From assembly GCA_964016885.1 (NCBI GenBank), contig OZ024742.1, positions 181,846,001 through 181,910,000 of the forward strand: a stretch of DNA of 64,000 bases, in the 5' to 3' direction. This DNA is from Eledone cirrhosa. Lineage: Eukaryota. The position numbers and the translations under genes are program-made. Under the pieces are notes generated by a model, which made no database searches, was not told the DNA's origin, and saw only the letters and a program-made list of their open reading frames with translations. Positions 58,233 to 64,000 of this stretch are shown in pieces (position 1 is the first letter of the stretch; each line of letters starts with the position of its first letter).

Positions 58233-59507
58233 ACACACAGATACATGCGGACACACACATATATACATGAATGCATCCGCACCCAACTGTGAGTTAAGGG
58301 TGCCAACTTCACCGATGTTGCTCAATGAATGACTGGGACAGACTAATTCAGTTTGAACCAGACTGAACCAGTATCAGAGTTAAAAATACATTATGAAGAG
58401 AGAAGAAACATTTAGATATAATTAGTAATAAAATGTATCATACCTAAACTGTTCCTAAATTCCTCGACTACGTAGTTTCGTGGCATAAACAAAAACAATA
58501 TATCAAAGATATAGAGTCCTTGCGAGGTCTGCCGACTTATCAAGAGGATACCTCATTTTACTAGTCTCAAGAACGCGTCTACACGACGCGAGAAAGAATC
58601 CCAAAAGGCGGAGGGGGAGACAGTCACGCGATATAACGGTCGAGAAACAGAGCTAAGCCTCTTATAACCACGAAGAAAATACCACGGAGGCGGAGGGGGT
58701 ATTCACATCGAGGCCGCAGAAGAGGTAGTGAAGAAGGCGAGAAGTATGAGTAATGGAAGCTTTCCAGTTGTCCCCACACTTCAAAGATTGCTCGACCAGA
58801 GGGAGTTATTAATATATTTAGAAACACACAGATACATGCGGACACACACATATATACATGAATGCATCCGCACCCAAGTGTGAGTTAAGGGTGCCAACTT
58901 CACCGATGTTGCTCAATGAATGACTGGGACAGACTAATTCAGTTTGAACCAGACTGAACCAGTATCAGAGTTAAACATACATTATGAAGAGAGAAGAAAC
59001 ATTTAGATATAATTAGTAATAAAATGTATCATACCTAAACTGTTCCTAAATTCCTCGACTACGTAGTTTCGTGGCATAAACAAAAACAATATATCAAAGA
59101 TATAGAGTCCTTGCGAGGTCTGCCGACTTATCAAGAGGATACCTCATTTTACTAGTCTCAAGAACGCGTCTACACGACGCGAGAAAGAATCCCAAAAGGC
59201 GGAGGGGGAGACAGTCACGCGATATAACGGTCGAGAAACAGAGCTAAGCCTCTTATAACCACGAAGAAAATACCACGGAGGCGGAGGGGGTATTCACATC
59301 GAGGCCGCAGAAGAGGTAGTGAAGAAGGCGAGAAGTATGAGTAATGGAAGCTTTCCAGTTGTCCCCACACTTCAAAGATTGCTCGACCAGAGGGAGTTAT
59401 TAATATATTTAGAAACACACAGATACATGCGGACACACACATATATACATGAATGCATCCGCACCCAACTGTGAGTTAAGGGTGCCAACTTCACCGATGT
59501 GCTCAAT
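58229..59507 (-). mobile_element. 591-bp monomer in ~2.16 tandem copies with variant HHR (retrozyme-like)
   Basis: agaaacacacagatacatgc at 58229, 58820 and 59411; two substitutions seen between the full copies; (TA)n on both flanks. Confidence 0.85.
58462..58547 (-). ncRNA. Type I hammerhead, U3-A8 variant with long stem II (second copy 59053-59138)
   Basis: cctc-TTGATAA-gtcggca...tgccac-GAAA-ctacgtagTC-gagg. Confidence 0.75.
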
Positions 59508-59529
59508 ATATATATATACTGTAAATGTG

Positions 59530-59671
59530 ATGGCGTTAGGACGGGCATCCAGCCGTAGAAAAGCTGCCAGAAACAGTTCTATACAAGCAAGACATGGTCA
59601 CCCGACCAATCTTGCCTCAAGTGGGACAAACCTGTCAAACTCATGCTATCGCGGAAGATGGACATTAAACA

Positions 59672-59706
<35 letters not shown>

Positions 59707-59707
59707 A
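59530..59707 (+). mobile_element. SINE/LINE 3' tail ending in (GAT)n
   Basis: ggcgttaggacgggcatccagccgtagaaa...ggacattaaacaa(tga)n. Confidence 0.6.
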
Positions 59708-61214
59708 TATATATACATATATAAAGAAGTACGCTAGCAGCTGAAATGTACAATAAAGTTATATCTGTATACATCATACAGTGCGACCGAGACTGCTCCA
59801 ATGTGTATATAAATATACACATATTTAATATGTAGACACGTGAAATTGCCAGAAAATACGAATTTCTCTGTAAAATGAAAAAGTGATAAACACCTTTAAT
59901 CGATTTTTGAACCTAATTTGGTCCTCAAAAGAAAGCCTGCATAGCATCCAAGCAACCACGAGGAAACATGTATGTGGTGGACTTGTATACCCATTCACTT
60001 AGTATTATTCTGAAATAGACATACTAATTTACATAACGCTCATGGTGGTAATTAAGACATATATTAAGAAGTGCGCTAGCAGCCGAAGTGTATATCTTTA
60101 TATATACAGAATATGTAACCGAGATTGCACCAATGTGTATATAAATATATTTAATATGTAGGCATGTAAATATGCCAGAAAATACGAAGTTCCCTGTAAA
60201 TTGAAAAGAATTACCTATCGCTACTAAGTTATAGTGCCTAAAAATAAGATAAAGACATAAGCGGTGTCATTGGCGTAATAGCAACGTACTTGGCTGGCAA
60301 ACGAAAGGTATGTGTTCGATTCCCATATTTGCTGAACTCTATCTTTTATTTCCGTTCTTAAACTATTGTATTTTGTTAAATTTACGGCGAAGTTTCCAAA
60401 TTCAATTTTCGAATCCTGCTCAACGTTTTCTAAACATACGTTATATATATATATATATATATATATAATACGGTAACCGTTTTGTTTTAATGTTGTACTG
60501 CTACATTATATATAGATTCTAGCTTTCTAGCTATCACTTTATATAGAGACAGATGTATATAATACCCTTGCTAAGCTGCAGTCACCGTTGTGTACAAATA
60601 CCCTCCACTCACTGAAATATAATAGAATGTGACCAATTGCCCACTGAAAGATATTTGTAAGACCCTGCAGTTCTACGATATGTGGGGGTTCAAACATGAG
60701 TTTATTAATTTACAATTAATACTGTGTAGTTTTGTAAATCTGATAAAGTAGCATTGCAATCTAGATGTATGTCAGCGGTTCCACAGTCTGTTACGAGACA
60801 TCGGTTTGATAAACACTAGCTTAGGGCATGTTGGGAACGGTGTTAAGGAGCGAAAAAGCCAATATGTCATGATAAAGAGAAGGGTTGGGGAGGTTATAGA
60901 TAGATAAGTAAAGGGTTTGGGAGAGAGACAGAGAAAGGGGGAGAGAAGGGATGAAAAGAGAAAAGGGGAGGGAAGGGAAGATATTGGGTAAGTGATTGCA
61001 GCAATGTACAGATAAAATAGAAGGGAAAGGAAAGTAAAATTTCTACTTTAGAAATCATCATTTATGTTGAAAGAGAAGCTAAAGAGATGCACGCATACAT
61101 ACATGCATGCATGCATGCATGCATGCATACATACATACATACATACATACATACATACATACATACATACATACGTACGTACATACATACATATATACAT
61201 TGTATATATATCTA

Positions 61215-61323
<109 letters not shown>

Positions 61324-61523
61324 GTGCACAAATTAAATAGAAACAAAACAGTACAATGAAGAAATATATTAGCTTAACGCCTGATATAGTAGGAAAAGAG
61401 TGATTGCGCTTCGGACACTAGTCCATCATCAGAAAATAGAATGAGAAATATCAGGTGAAATATGAAGATAAAGAGTGAGAAAAAGCACGTGTGTATTCAG
61501 TCAGCCATTTTGTATATTGATAT

Positions 61524-61588
<65 letters not shown>

Positions 61589-61591
<3 letters not shown>

Positions 61592-62142
61592 CGAATGAAT
61601 GAAGATTATCACGGATAAGCTATACATTAGGGTTGATTCCAAGCATTAACATATGTTTCATTGTCTAGTGCGTAATCGATTGTGTTTTAAAATTGCTATC
61701 TACAATGTTATTGTGAAATTCGATTTTAAATACTGCTTATATCAGACAAATTATTAAAACACTGATTTGGGATTCCGCGGTTCAACGCATTTATATTAAG
61801 TTATACAAACATCGAGATGAAACACAAAATAAATAAACATAGTGATCTACATGTCGGATGTGTATATTATGTTATAGTTTATTATCTACTATGTAATAGA
61901 TAATGAAACATATGTTAATGCTTGGAATCAACCCTAACTTTATAGCTTATCCATGTTAATCTTCATTCATTCGTTACTAATACTCCAGGAACTGCTAACC
62001 TCGGCACTGTCCGAAATCGGCTATCCGAACACCACAACTAAGTGAATCTCTTGTTTAGTCCACCAACGCCGTACGTTAAAATCCTCTACGGTACAGCTTA
62101 CTCGTAACCTTTCCTTGGATTACCTTAAATGATACCTCCTTT

Positions 62143-62150
<8 letters not shown>
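61589..62150 (+). mobile_element. Short element in (TA)n with a 78-bp head-to-head inverted segment
   Basis: 61589-61667 is the reverse complement of 61897-61976. Confidence 0.65.
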
Positions 62151-62189
<39 letters not shown>

Positions 62190-62440
62190 CATTATTGGAG
62201 AAAGCTAATAGCGATACTCCGGCCAAATCCCAACTCACTCAACAAACATTAGGAAATAAGTGAGTATATTCCCAATTAAACGTTCGGGGTGCTAACTAAA
62301 TGTATTGTGTGGAAAATTGGCTGTATTATTTCATATGATATATATATATATATATATGTGTGTGTGTTATGTCATTCATATAAAATGCTACGCGGAAACT
62401 TAAAAATGTAATTATTTTCCCTATGTATTGCGACTTTTGG

Positions 62441-62487
<47 letters not shown>

Positions 62488-62899
62488 GAGGGTCATGTGC
62501 TTCTCCCACAATATGTAACCTCTATACGTACCTTTAAGATGTATCAATTCGATTCTGACAGTGTTTCGGATAGAAATCTTTTGTTTGGATTAGGACTGAA
62601 CTCCCGCTAATGATATTTTACGTCAGTCCAGGTTATGTAATATTCTAATATTTGGAAATATTGCATGAATCCTGTTAGTAACACTTGCTTATGCAACTGT
62701 TAGGAACATGACCTGGCATGGAAACTGAACAGTTCGGGTCTATTAACCCAAGTAGTTCATCTACGGTTACGCCAAGTAGTTCATCTACTAATTAACGAAT
62801 AGCATCCATTCCGGGTTGCAAATTCATATTTACAACATACGATTTTTTTGTAAATTCTTTGAAAAAGTAGATAGCAGATGGATCTAGATGGCTTGTAAA

Positions 62900-63192
62900 C
62901 AGTTCTGTATCTTTTGTTTATATTTTTATTTCCAAAATATAATTTTCTATGGTTTCCCTTTTAAAAAATTGTTTTTCGTTTCGTCTAGTTTTCGTTCGTT
63001 GTCTTGTCTTCACTTTGTTGATTTTCCTAAGTTTAAATATATATATATATATATATTTAAACTTAGGAAAATCAACAAAGTGAAGACAAAACAACGAACG
63101 AAATCTAGTCGAAACGAAAAACAATTTTTTAAAAGGGAAACCATAGAAAATTATATTTTGGAAATAAAAATATAAACGAAAGATACAGAACT
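62900..63192. repeat. ~140-bp inverted repeat centred on a (TA)n tract
   Basis: Arms about 62900-63038 and 63056-63192 with a handful of mismatches. Confidence 0.92.
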
Positions 63193-64000
63193 CCAGGCTC
63201 ATCGGCCGTTGAGATGGACTTTGGCAGTTTTGACCCCTAAGAACAGTACTGCTGGTTCACCCAGTCTCATAGCGTCTGACACAAGTCAAAGTGCTGTCCT
63301 ATGGAGTAAGAGACGAGACAAAACAGTACAGATATACATACGTACGTGAAGGTATATATTTGTAAACAGTACGAGTGTTTATCCATTGCTATAATGTATT
63401 CAATACATTATACAAATTTTGTACTATTTATAAATGGTTATTTTAATGTAAATAGTGAAATCATGCAATTTAGTGCATCATTAATTAATAATTGACACTG
63501 TAGCAAACACAAAGCACTATGTATGCAAATCGGATCAACTATGATATTGAGTGTTTATATATAGTTGCAAACTATATATCTCTACTTGCATACACACAGT
63601 TGAGTGCGTAGTTTTTGAAGTAATCACAACCTAGATCAATACCAGTCAGTCTTATCGTAGTCTTTGTGATGGAGGCTTCTCAATATTATTTATGTGTTGT
63701 AATGGCGGTTGTTTAGTAGTATTAGTAGAGCGTATTATAAAATGCTTTCCGGTAATTAGTTACACTTTTTAAGTTCAAATCACGTCAATCTTTGCTTTGC
63801 CTGCCAACCATCTCCAATCAATGAAATAAAGTACCAGTAATATACTGAGTTGGTTTAATCGAATTTTCTCTTCTCCCCGCGAATTACAGGCTTTGTACCT
63901 TTATTAGAAATCATATATATGGCATCGTCATTCGATAATACATATTGAATCATAGCATTTGCAGCGACTTCAAATGCTTAATGCGGTGAATTGACATAGT

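Noticed and set aside
60263-60330. tRNA gene
   Set aside because: A and B boxes are present but there is no complete cloverleaf; treated as a SINE-like head, as are the other tRNA-like segments.

Overview
Gene-poor, AT-rich eukaryotic DNA crowded with (TA)n, (CA)n and (GA)n microsatellites and retroelements. The SINE types and microsatellite load suggest an octopod cephalopod, but this is inference only. Almost all ORFs in the supplied track are microsatellite translation artefacts. Real coding remnants come from transposons: two RTE-clade LINEs (one with a twin-priming 5' inversion), a CRE-like LINE 3' end and several Penelope-like elements (PLEs), one nearly full length at 40.2-43.4 kb. Two isolated candidate host exons were also seen. 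The outstanding feature is an 8.3-kb array (28580-36872) of a 311-bp monomer in which I saw no differences between copies. Each of the 26 full monomers carries a minimal type I hammerhead ribozyme (HHR). The array flips orientation once, forming a ~6.4-kb palindrome, and both ends join (TA)n through microhomology. This fits a concatemer reverse-transcribed from a retrozyme-type circular RNA and inserted by PLE machinery, although an assembly artefact is not excluded. Other HHR-bearing short elements (591-bp and 429-bp monomers, several fold-backs) also sit in (TA)n tracts across the window.
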